Assembly: GCF_009914755.1 (NCBI RefSeq)
Contig: NC_060942.1
From: the human T2T-CHM13v2.0 reference genome, Homo sapiens
Reading direction: 5' to 3' (one strand)
DNA: 64,000 nucleotides
The translations under genes were made by a program, and so were the position numbers. The first letter of the stretch is position 1, and each line of letters starts with the position of its first letter. Below the pieces are notes generated by a model. That model did no database searches and had not been told where the DNA came from. It saw only the letters and a list, made by a program, of their open reading frames with translations. This document shows, one piece after another, positions 12,390-24,575 of this stretch.

Positions 12390-13829
12390 GGATTCAAAAT
12401 TTTATAGAGCCCCCTAGAAAACTCCTTTCACCTCCTAAAGATGGAGGCCCATTGCTTTAAGATAACATGGCCGTGTTTCCTCAGGCTCACATCATATCCT
12501 TCTCATTTGCAGATAAATCCTTCTTTGGATCAAAATTATTCCCAAAGTAGCCATTTCTTAATTGTTTCCATCACCTCATGGGAGATGTAGCTGTTGGGAA
12601 GCTGGGCAAGCAACAAGGTTATCTGTAGTTATTAAGACTTGGGACAGGTGCCTGGGTGGTGAAAGCTCACTAGCACTCCACTCTCACCTCTGAATCAATG
12701 CAAGAACTCACACAGGAACTGCATCTCCCATTGTTCTACTTACCTAGGAATGAGGTCATGCAGTAAAGAGCATTCTTCTAAGAAGGACCTAAAAAAAGGC
12801 AAGCTGGGAGCAGGCTAATGCCAAAGCACACATGAATCTCCTGAACATTGCCCTGTAAGGACAACTGCACCATACATGGGTGCGGGGAGACGTTTTCCTC
12901 AACTTGACTTAGTGAAGGGTAAACTAAAAGGGACCGGGAGGGAAGGAGACAAAAAATACTAAAGTCCTGGAGGGCAAGATGTCACAGGGGAGTGTGTTCA
13001 TTCTTTTGCTCACTCACTCATTGCTTCATTCAGCAAACACGTATTGAACAGCTCCCAGGTGCCAGGTTGCTTTTGTGTGATTAAAAGAAGGAGATGATCA
13101 AAGTGTGATTTCATGAAACAGATGGTTTATTTTAATACAAAGAGAATATTTTGTTAGGTTCACAATGCTTGAAGAGGGGGAGAACAATGAGAACAAACTC
13201 ACAGGGAATACATTTGATTTTGATAGACAAGGTACATCTCCACATAGTGAGTGAGTTCCAAAACTATTAAACTCTAGCTAATCAATTAGGATGGAAGCAG
13301 ACCTCTGTGGAAAGTAAAGTCCAGTTAAAGGTTAAGGTGTACCTTTATATGAAAAGTTTCTCAGGAAAGCTGGCATCCAACACAGCAGAGATCAAACACA
13401 GCAGATATCCATGATGAGCCTAAAGCTGAAGGGTGGTGTTGGTGCTGCCAGGCCAGGCTTTGGAGATAACTTCAAAGGCTAACAGGCTGTGGTGCTGTGG
13501 CTGCCTAAGCTGTGAGTATTGGCAAGGCAGCTGAAAGTGCAGCCTGCCATGGCCTCAGCTCTTACAGTGTCTGCCAAACTCCTGAGTTTATTGTATTTGA
13601 AATCCAGTAGTTGAGGTCAGTAGCTCACATATGGGGTCTGATTAAGGTGTGGTATTACATTCCTAAGGGCAGGGGAAGTATACTCCATGTTCACACATGT
13701 AGAGTCTGATAAGATGTCCCATTCTTCAGAAGAGGAGGAATGCACTCCAAGTTCTATTACAGCAAAATATACATCACTCATGTTGCAAATTATGTAGGTG
13801 TTTGGAATCATTTCAAAGTTACATAATAT

Positions 13830-14370
13830 AGGTATTAAGCAAAGTGCTAGGGATATTAAGATTAAAACATGGTTATTGGCTTCAAGAAACTATCTACTGC
13901 AAGGGATAAATTAAACCCAGATAGTAAAAGCATGGTAGGAACTGGAATAAAAATAAATACAGATTGTTATAAAAGCAAGTAGGAGTTCAGTCCAAGCCTG
14001 AACTCAGCCTAAGCCTGAACTCAGCCTTGGAAATAAAAAATGTTTCTCAGAGATGTTTCAATAACACCATCTTGAAGGTCATGTAAGAGTTATCTAGGAC
14101 AAGAAGGAGAAGAGCTATTAAGGGAACAAAGCATAACCCAGAATGAGAAGAAAAGGGACCATTGTGAGCAACGCAAGTGAAGAAGAAGCCCATATGACTG
14201 GACAGAGGAATGTGCAGGAGTAGGTAGAATTCAAAGAAGTTAGAGAGACAGGCCCAGGAATTATCATGATTGGCATAATATGACATGCCAAAGAGTTTAG
14301 ATTTTATCCTAGAGGGATTGGGGGCCACTGAAAAAGTCTTAAGTGGGAGGGTGACATTATCAAACTTGTT
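13830..14370 (-). mobile_element. L2 fragment containing a perfect 17-bp tandem duplication
   Basis: gagtttagattttatcctagaggg...gccactgaa antisense L2; aagcctgaactcagcct x2 at 13994-14027. Confidence 0.7.
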
Positions 14371-15149
14371 ATAAATTAATATTTGCTGTTTGAAAATTTT
14401 GTCCACTAATTAAGTTTTATACTACTCCAACTTAAAAAGGCTGTGACCAGGTATTCATAGCAAGGTCAGAGGTAGAAATTAAGAGTCATATAGGACAACC
14501 TTACATCTTCTCAACCAAAATCAATGTTGCAACTGCATTATACGTAGTAGTGAAAGAGCACCTTTTGCTTACTGAATCCTATCTTTTAAAGCACTGAGAA
14601 TGTAATAGGGCCTTAATAACTGAATAGTAAACAAATGAGGGTCTGTGTGTTTGAGCTTATGATAGTGTTTCCTAGTTGGATTGTTTCAATGCAACATGCC
14701 TAAATGTGCCTCAGTGACAATGATAGATGCAACAATAGAAGGGAATGTGTGATGTGGGTCACAACTTTGGGCCTAATGCTGCTATTTTAGCACCATTCAA
14801 TGTATGTCAGTGGATACTACGATCCTTCTAGTTTTATGTGTGATTGTTTTGGAAACAACCTGTGCAAAATGTATTGAAGTAAAACTATAAAAACAAATAT
14901 TCTCCAGTTAGACAGGGGAAAAACGCGTTTGCTATAAAACATGAATGCAATAGAAAGTATTGTTACAGTTGTATTTCTAGTAGACACATTCACATTAAAA
15001 GAATTAATCCTGAAAAAACAGAGTGTCTTCCAGAAATTCAAGCAAGTACTTGCACTAAGGAACATTCCACTGAAGACGTGTGGTTTGGTAATCACAATAG
15101 TTTCATATATTCATCTGTAGCTTTGACTTTTCTTCTAAACATCCGTTCC

Positions 15150-15640
15150 TCTTTCCAATCCACTACTAGACATTTTTACAAAACAATGTCCCACAAACAT
15201 ATCAAGCTAAGTCTACCAAGACAAATCTTATGATCTCCCTCTACCACAACCTACCGATCTTCTAAGATCTTTATTATAATTGGTTGTACCATCATCAACA
15301 CAGTCACCCAACCTGGAACTTCTGTAGTGGTCCCAGAATATTCTCTTCTCTTAATATTCCAATTTAGTCACCATCCCTACTGATTCTAACTTCTAGATAT
15401 TTTTCAAATTTATTGCCTCTTCTGTTTGCTCATGGTCTCTGCCTTAGAAGAGGCTCTTAGCACTGTCATCTAGAAGATGGTTTTTTGCAACCAAGTGAAT
15501 TTTCTGCGACCACACTCTTTTTCTTCCTAGCTATCTACTGCAGTACCACCAAAAATGACCTTTAAGACCTCAAATTTATTCATTTCACTGTCCAACCTTA
15601 AGCCCATTTAGCCTCTTTTCATCACACAAGCATGGCATAA
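15150..15640 (+). mobile_element. L2 fragment
   Basis: accatcatcaacacagtcacccaa...aatttagtcacca...tgattctaacttct. Confidence 0.6.
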
Positions 15641-15649
15641 AAGTAGGGT

Positions 15650-16573
<924 letters not shown>

Positions 16574-17737
16574 GAGTGATAATTTGTTTTTATTTACCCA
16601 ATTTTGGCCTGTTTTTCCAGCATAATTATTAAATAACACCCTTTAACTATGAAAAGTGCCCTGACTTAGACAATAAGTTATTAGATGACTTTGTTAATGA
16701 TGTTCTGCATGATCTACTTCCCATCCACTTCTTTTGCTGTCTGCCTGGTGAAGAGCTTTTCATCATCTTAAATCACCTGCTTCACTAGGACCATTTTTCT
16801 CCGGCAAATGATCACACTGATCACACTGCTCATGGAGCTTCCTCTAACCTTTTCCATGGTTCAGTTGACGTAGATGGATCACTTTTAGGCCTTATAATAG
16901 AAGTGGTGAGGCACAGACCAGGCCACAGTTAGCCTTGAAACGCCAGAACATAGCAGAAGACCACCATACACAGAAGTGCATCTTATAGAGCTACCATCAA
17001 GCCTAGCTTCAGCAACAGTTCAGAAGACTGTACTCCCCAACATAGAAAATTGTTCATGTATTTCTATCTACAGAATAGGTGATTAAAATATATTTGACAA
17101 ATATTGCCTTTGTTTTCATTTGTGTTAACGCTTAAGAGTAATACGGCATCGTGACAAGAATTGTTTTCAAAATTAATTTTTGTAAATGTAATAACATATT
17201 TGGTGACCAATTAAAACTATATTTTTTTAGGGACTATCAATCTTCATTCAGGTCAGAGATTTGCATTTTTTCTACACCCTGTAAGGCATCTTACTTGCTG
17301 TCAACACTCCATGGAGTGTCAAACAGCAGTGATAATTAGGCTTTTATATTTGTGCTCATTAGCCAGAACTAAGGGTGTACATGCTACTGAAGTACAATGA
17401 CTTCTCTCATTTGAATATTTACAGTCCTGACAACTTGAAAATATATTATGTAGTGTTAATCAAACAAAGAATTTCACATTCTTCTCACAAGCAAAGGATA
17501 CACGTTTTAGGTAAAAATTAGCATTTGACCTTCAATATAGAGAAAACACATCTCATATAAATCAAGGTCACCTGAATATGTAAGCCAACTAACAGCATAT
17601 ATTTTGTAGAATTCTTTAGTTTTATGAATATTAAGTTATAGAAGGAGCCACAGCGATTCTGATAGTTTGTAGGATTTGAGTTTGTGTGATCTCTGACTTA
17701 ACATTTTCTATCCCCTTCTCTTTCAATTCCTTGCAAT

Positions 17738-18370
17738 TGAGAGGTGAAGCTGGCTGGGCTTTTGGGTCAGATGGGGACTTGGAGAACTTTTCTATCTAGC
17801 TAAGGGATTGTAAATGCACCAATCAGTGCTCTGTGTCTAGCTAAAGGTTTGTAAACACACCAATCAGCACTCTGTCAAAACGGACCAATCAGCGCTCTGT
17901 AAAATGGACCAATCAGCCCTCTGTAAAATGGACCAATCAGCAGGATGTGGGTGGGGCCAAATAAGGGAATAAAAGCAGGCCACCTGAGCCAGCAGGGTCA
18001 ACCCTCTGGTCCTCTTCCACACTGTGGAGGGTTTTTTCTTTTGCTCTTCGTGATAAATCTTGCTGCTGCTCAGTCTTTGGGTCTGTGCCACTTTTATGAG
18101 CTGTAACACTCACCGCGAAGGTCTGCAGCTTCACTCCTGAAGCCAGTGAGACCACGAACCCACTCAGAAGGAACCAATTCTGGACACATTTTGGCGACCA
18201 TGAAGGGACCATCGACTATCGCCGAGCGGTGAGTACCGTCATACCCCTTTTGCTTGCTATTGTGTCCTATTTTTCCTTAGAATTTGGGGGCTAAATATCG
18301 GGCACCTGTGGCTTTATTCTTGAAGTCAGTGAGACCAAGAACCCACTGGAAGGAACCAATTCCAGACACA
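17738..18370 (+). mobile_element. ERV9/LTR12 provirus remnant: 5' LTR (17738-18188), PBS and leader, fused to last ~60 bp of 3' LTR
   Basis: tgagaggtgaagc start; five accaatcag repeats; U5 end gaaggaaccaattc(t/c)(g/a)gacaca present twice; PBS tggcgaccatgaagggac 18192-18209; TSD caat/aaat. Confidence 0.9.
17815..17975 (+). promoter_or_regulatory. LTR12 U3 promoter: CCAAT (NF-Y) array, GC box, TATA-like aataaaa
   Basis: Five CCAATCAG motifs followed by gggtggggc and gaataaaagc, the established ERV9 LTR promoter layout; activity not shown. Confidence 0.6.
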
Positions 18371-18479
18371 AAATCACCAGAGAGAGAAATTTCCCCCATT
18401 CATGGGGTCCCTCTGAATTATTACACGAACAGTACTGTTGTCTGTAGAGTTTTAGTAACCAGACTGGCCTGGAGTCACA

Positions 18480-19670
18480 GCTACTAGCTTCATTATTCCT
18501 AGCTGAAAACATGAAAGTGGGTGCAATCACCCAGGAAGATAATGTAGACGTGACAAGGGGTGAAATCCGAGGATGGAAACCTGAGGAATACCACATCATA
18601 GGAATGCACTGGCAGAGGATGCTGAGAATGTGAAGGCAGAGAAGTAAGAGGAAATTCAAGGAGGGTGTGAAATCTTTAAACTGAAGGAAAATGGTTATTT
18701 TAAATAGGAGGGAGTACTCATGAGTACATAGAAATTAGTGTAAAGACCTGGACATGATCCCTGGGTTTTAAAAGAAGATAATTGTAGATGGTCTTGGGAA
18801 AAATAGCTTTTATGAAGATGGAGAATAAAAGTCAAACTTCAGTGGGTTGATGAGTGAATAAAAGTGAGGCAGAAAATGAGGTTTTCAGAGAAGTTTGATG
18901 GGAAAGGGAAGTGAAGACCATTGGCTCCTAGCAATGAAAGAAGTCAGATTTAAGGAAGGTTTCTTTTGTTACAATGAAGATGCTGAACATAATTAGGTGT
19001 CACTATTAAAGGGAGAAATGAGCATAAGATGAAGAGAGTGAATGATTAACAGACTAGGTCCTCAGGAGGTGATGTGGATGGGATCCAGAACTTAAAGAAG
19101 ACTAGCCTTGAATCTGTCCATTCTCCCATAGTGAGAAGACAGAAGAGGAAAAATGAACGGAAATGCTGTAAGATTAAGTGTAGGGCAGATAAAGTCCAGA
19201 GACTTCCCATTATATTGTTGTCTTCGTCTCTCTCTGTTTTCCAAGAACAGGAAGAGGCAAAGTCATTTGCTGAGAGTTGGAATTAGGTCATAGCATATAG
19301 GGTTTGAGAAATTAATTTTTTAAAAATAGCATGGAGAGAGAAAGGAGGCAAGCCTGACTAGGAAAACAGAAGGAAGGCCAGGTATCCAGGGCACCCAGCT
19401 TAGGTTGGAGAGTATCAACTGATAGAGGCCCCCCAAGATTATCTATAATTATCTTGTTTTAAAACCCAGGGGTGACGTCCAGACCTTAACGTCTATGTAC
19501 TCATGAGTACTCCCTCTTATTTAAAATAAGCTTTTCCTTCAGTTTGGAGATTTCACGCTATGAAGTCTTCTCCAGCAGGACTCATCAGCTGGGTATAGGC
19601 ATTGAGAAATCAGCTGTTGGATTAATCTCAAGCTAGGTATTGTGGAGTAGGTGCCATGGAAGGATATTGA
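18480..19670 (-). mobile_element. L2 LINE fragment (long)
   Basis: tagctgaaaacatgaaagtgggtgcaatcacccaggaag..., agtgggttgatgagtgaat, ttctccagcaggactcatcagc. Confidence 0.7.
18665..19558. repeat. Inverted repeat pair: 18665-18798 and 19432-19558
   Basis: Manual alignment ~87% identical with 1-bp and 6-bp gaps; both arms carry gagtactcatgagtac. Confidence 0.92.
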
Positions 19671-19689
19671 ATCATGGGAGATGAAGTGG

Positions 19690-19880
19690 TATTTCATTCA
19701 AACCTCTTCACATCTCTGTAAGAAAGGTATCCTCGTCTCCATTTTACTGAGTATGAAACCATCACTCATAGAGGTTTATGTTTGCCTGATCTCATCCAGA
19801 TTACACAGGCTGAGTTGAGAAAATTAGCTGGGCCTTTTGAATCAAAGCCATTATTCTCTCCACTGCACTGCACTGCCTCT
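19690..19880 (-). mobile_element. MIR SINE
   Basis: ctccattttactgagtatgaaac...tctccactgcactgcactgcctct. Confidence 0.7.
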
Positions 19881-21710
19881 TCATCAGCCACATGCCACTA
19901 CCTTGAACATAAAGAAGGGCTAAGAGCTTTGTTCTTTCCACAGCAACTCTGTTCCCTCTGTTCTGTAACAAAGCCAGCTTATGCATGTTAGCCCATGGAA
20001 GAAAAGCTTATGCTAGCTTACAGAAGATTATATATTTTATGTACAATATGTACATGTAGTGTGCCAGTTTACTAAGGGCAATGTTCACACATTGATAAGC
20101 TCATTGACAACATACGATAATTAGAAACCAACTTCTATTTTTGTGGGGGGTTCCAACTGATTTTCGTTTGCCTTAGTAATAGACACTGTATGCTGGGAAA
20201 ATGAGAAATGATCTTCAGCGATGGCGCGATATGGCAGAGGCTGTAAACTGGAATCACACACTCATTGAATAAAAGCAGATTTCGTTTCTTCATCCCTTTA
20301 GTAGTAATTTATGGCATTGAACTGAAGCTACTCTCAACACACTAAAAAGGGGGCAAAATAATATTTTATGATTTGGTATGTGACTATAGCTAAAGAATTT
20401 GAAAGGTTTTAACAACCAGGCTGTTTCAATTCCCACTTTATAGGTAGAGATCACAACAGAGACAGTTCCTCACCTTTTATTTCTCAGGCTTTTAGTAAAA
20501 TCCTCGGCAGCCCTCAGTGCTCAGAGAGCTTGACCAGCTCCACAGCTTAACACATTTTGAATGCTGAGCTCTTTGAAGGAGTAGGTCTTTCTCTATATAC
20601 ACAATAAATGTATGAATTTAAAAAAGAAAATATTAGTGCCTTCTTTTGGGCCCCCCAAAAGTGGCCTGACTCTAGAGGTCTAAGAGAAATGGGGTGGGAG
20701 ACTGGTGCCCTAGTTGTATACTGAGAACCTCCGTCTCTTCGGGCTGTCTCTTCTTAGCCTCCCTTCCTCCTTTTGCTGAGGAAAGGTCAGAAACCATGAT
20801 GACAGTTTCCTGCATGTCCTACCCAGGGGCAGGGATACCCCAAAGAAAGGCAGCCCTGATGGAGGCAGTCAGCCAATCCTATTTAGAATGGGCTCAAGAA
20901 ATGGGGAGTGTTCAATTCCACTTAGTCCCTTGTCAAATTCAATGGGAACCAACTTTACAAAAGAGCTAAGTTACCTCTGACTTGAACCCATGATAAATGC
21001 TCAATACACAATTTACTAACAAAATTTCTACCAAAGCACTTTTTATGTCATTAAATGGTGAATGTATACATTGAAAGAAGACATAGTCAAATGTAGTATT
21101 TCTTAAAGGCAACGTGTGACACATCAGTCAATTTTATTGAGATAATCTTTAAGCCTATTGGGTTGTAAGGTTTCTTTATGCAGGCACTGAGGAAATGGCT
21201 AAGGTATTTATGATATAAAACTCAAAGAATTAGCATCAGTTCCTGCTGCAACTTTATACCTTGCTAGCATTGCTAGGGTATACACTATTGTCTGCTGCAT
21301 AGCAGCTCATTATTTTACATTAAACATGTAAAATAGACATGTTAATGAGACCGTCTTGGCGCATGAATGTTTGATCAACTTTACCCCATGTTATCAAATT
21401 TTAAAATTCCTCAAACTTACTGATGCCTGTAAAGGAGTCTGTGTCACCTAAAACAGTCCTCTTTATGTTCTGCTCTTTCCTAACTGGTCTGTTATAACCA
21501 ATTAAAATATTTTCCTACCCATGTACTTCTAGTTGGCACATGGAATTATATTTTACTTAAAATGATGGTTAGATAGCAAGTGGGTCTTTGATAAGAAAAT
21601 GATATTTCTAATAACTTAAATGGTGGAGTATGCACCATCTGATGTGAAAAACCCAGCTCTGAATAATTGTTTCTGAAAATGTTTATTCTGAATGCAATCA
21701 AGACCTTCGA

Positions 21711-22036
21711 CCCATACCATCCAATATGGTAGTGCTAGACACATGTGCTTACTGAGCTACTGAAATGTGACTAGTTCCAATTGAGATATGGCATAAGCAT
21801 AAAGTAGTCATTGGATTTTGAAGACTTAGGATGAAAAGTAAAAAAGTAACATAGCTCATTAAAAATTACTATATTTAATGTTAAAATGACTACATTTTAG
21901 ATACATTGAGTTAAACCTACTACTAACATTAATTTTCAGTTTCTTTCTACATATTTAATGTGGCAACTTGAAAATTTAAAATCACGAATATGGCTCTCAT
22001 TTTGGGCTCACATTATACTTCTATTGGAAAGTGCTG
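21711..22036 (+). mobile_element. MER33 hAT-Charlie MITE
   Basis: tccaatatggtag...tgaaatgtgactagt...ggattttgaagacttag...ctattggaaagtgctg terminus. Confidence 0.85.
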
Positions 22037-22134
22037 CCTTCTCCCAATTTCTAGTTTATAGGAAATACAAGAGAAAGAAAAAGCTAAAAGGCACCAGGTA
22101 CAATTAGCCAAATCCAACATGGAGAGCATTCTAC

Positions 22135-22370
22135 CACAGCGCCACATAGCACGTGGGTTTCAGATGGCTACTGAGCTGCATATCTATCTGCTATAAACCC
22201 ACCACAAAACCAGGAGCTGGCCTAAGAATTGAAATCATCTATGTCACATTGCTATACACGCGTATGGTTCAGGTGATGTAGTTTTCATAGCAATTCTTAG
22301 TCAACGAAGACAACTCCGTTCATGGACCTGTAACACTTTTCTAACCAGTATTTGAAGTAGCACTGTGTGT
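22135..22370. other. Unclassified self-complementary insertion with cacag(c/t)gc(c/t)ac inverted ends
   Basis: Removing it rejoins the L1 as attctac|atgacaa; terminal and internal inverted repeats visible. Confidence 0.65.
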
Positions 22371-22414
22371 ATGACAATTAGATTGGTCTCTTCAAAAATA
22401 AAACCATTGTTCTC

Positions 22415-22434
22415 AAAAAAAAAAAAAAAAAAAA
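22415..22434 (+). repeat. Poly(A)20 tract
   Basis: Direct; AATAAA at 22397-22402 lies 12 nt upstream. Confidence 0.95.
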
Positions 22435-23089
22435 GCTGTTTTAGATTGGAAGCCATAACATCCAAATGCAGTGAGTGAAGCTTGGTCGGATCCTGATTTG
22501 TGAGAGAAGGGAGGACAGCTACAACAGACATTTGGGGACAACTGGGGAAATCTGACTCTGCTGGAGCAAGAAATAGTTGAGTTTTGCTCACTCTAAGCCA
22601 TTCTTAGGAACTTCCTGAGGCAGAGTTTGAGAGAGAAACCAAAGAGCTCTTCCTAGACTGTGTTCTCCACTAGGAAACAATGAGCCGCCTGGCAAGATTT
22701 CTCACTTTGTTTACTAACTCAGGAGTGCAAAAGTTGAAACACATCAAAAACCTTCATTTTTAATGGAGTTGTATTGCCCAAGAGACCCCAGCTACTAGTG
22801 CTGTGTTTGCTAAATCCCTAAAGCAATGTCTAGACTCTGAACACATGTCAATAGAAAGTAGGCCACTAAAAATACAGTCCCTCAAAGGGCCATCTTCTAG
22901 ATTTCTCTTCTCAGGTGGCCACAGATGGTAATAAGCAAGAGAGAATTCCCTGACCTCAGAACCCAAGAGAGCCAGGCACTTGACCCAAGAACCCTATCCT
23001 TTGCTAGGCAGATAATACCTGCTAAGTTTGCCCCACATTATATCATATGGCTTCTTATCTTTCATAGTTCCCTTGCCAAGGTGGGAGGT

Positions 23090-23290
23090 GTTTTTTAACC
23101 TTTATTGTAAAAAATTTTGAACATATACAATAACAGAAAAAAAATCATATAACAAATACTTTACACGCAGTTTAACAGTGATTGATATTCTGCCAGTCTT
23201 TTTACGTCTCTTTCTCCCTGTTTTGTTTGCTGTGGTATTTTAAAACCAATACCAGAGATCATGTTATATCCTACATAAATTAAGTGAGAG
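23090..23290 (-). mobile_element. Old L1M 3' end fragment
   Basis: tttattgtaaaaaattttgaacatatacaa...tattttaaaaccaataccagagatcatg. Confidence 0.6.
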
Positions 23291-24575
23291 TTTTTAACTT
23301 TTCCTGTTGCACTGATGTTTCTCTCTCCATAATTGTATATTGAATTGTTTGCAGCGATGAAACTTTTCATATGTAACCACATCATAAGACGATACATTCC
23401 AACTACCTAACATATAGAGAACCTGGAACCTGCAGCTGAGTTCAGTAACTGCCTGAGGCTTTGCTATGCCTCTCTTTGGTGAAGTGACTGCGATCCCACT
23501 TGTGTTAGGGCATTCTGGAAGATTTGTATTCATGGGTGAAACTCATCTTAATTCCACATTGGTGTCCTAGGGTTTCATTCTCTCATATTTCTTTTTAAAA
23601 ATATCTTTCCGAGTCAAATCTAAAACCGAACTGATTCAAAAACTAACATTGCCATGTGTTTGTTTAGTGCTTAAAATGCACTTTCATATGAGGAAATGTG
23701 TGCTCTTTAAGATGAAATGAAGTTTGAAAAAGTCAGAGGCATGAACTCTAAAACTAGTCAGTCATGGTAGGCTTGGAGCCAGATAAGGTGAACTATCTTT
23801 TTCTATGTCAAGCTCAGGGGAAAAAAAAAAATTGTTTTTGATTTGCATTGCCCTGGAGAAATTTAAATGAAAATGGAGGTGTTAGAGGAGGTGTGTGTGA
23901 AAGACTAGCAAGAGGTGGAGGAAGGAGGGCAGAGATGACTGAAAGCAACAACGAAAGTGGTACATCATGTTCCCGGGAGCACTGTTACTCTGATAGCCAG
24001 TCAGGTTCCCCTTGGCACTGAGCTATGAGCCTACAGTTGTCAGCCAGAATATTGAGAGTGCTAAAATTCTTATGGTTTAAAAATTCAGTTTACTAGCTGC
24101 AGGGAAGAAGCAAATATTCCAAAGATTTCTTCCAGTTTCAGCCCTCTAGGTTTCCTTGCTACTTAGTCACACAGTACAACACTTGTCAGGGGTGCAACAG
24201 TCTAAATTAGGTCAGCCTTCTCTCTGTAAAGAGGTTTAGCTCGCACCTGGTAGGATCACACTTTTTCACTTTGAAACAGCCTCAAAGAGAAGTGGCAATG
24301 ACACTGAAATGATGTTTTAGGATATTTGCGGGAGATAAAAATGGATTTTTCTTTAAGAACTTCTTTGAGATTAATTTCCAGGCTGAAGAGTTGTTTGGGT
24401 TTATTTTATTTTAATTTAAAATATGACTGTTTAATGTATTGCACATACTTTGTTATCTATGTGATGCAAATAAATTTGTCATTTTTGTCATCTACTTAAT
24501 CATGACACTGAAAGGTCCCTCAATAACGTACAAAGGAAATAATATTTTGGGGTTCTATACATAAATAAAAGACAC

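Larger units (their letters stand above)
21590..22560 (+). mobile_element. Old L1 (L1ME/L1MC) 3' UTR fragment, interrupted twice
   Basis: aaatgtttattctgaatgcaatcaag|ttctagtttataggaaatacaag...caaatccaacatggagagcattctac|atgacaattagattggtctcttcaaaaa...ccaaatgcagtgag...ggatcctg. Confidence 0.7.

Noticed and set aside
17231-17251. Possible 21-nt microexon (ttttttag|...cag|gtcaga)
   Set aside because: Weak donor and no host gene evident; such motifs arise by chance in 64 kb.
17815-17945. Short direct repeats resembling a CRISPR-like array
   Set aside because: They are the normal CCAAT-containing U3 repeats of LTR12; spacers are near-identical and the DNA is primate.
22135-22367. Canonical 12/23 RSS pair from an antigen-receptor locus
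   Set aside because: No ACAAAAACC-like nonamer at 12 or 23 bp from either heptamer; cacaaaacc at 22203 is 61 bp away; no V/D/J coding segment adjacent.
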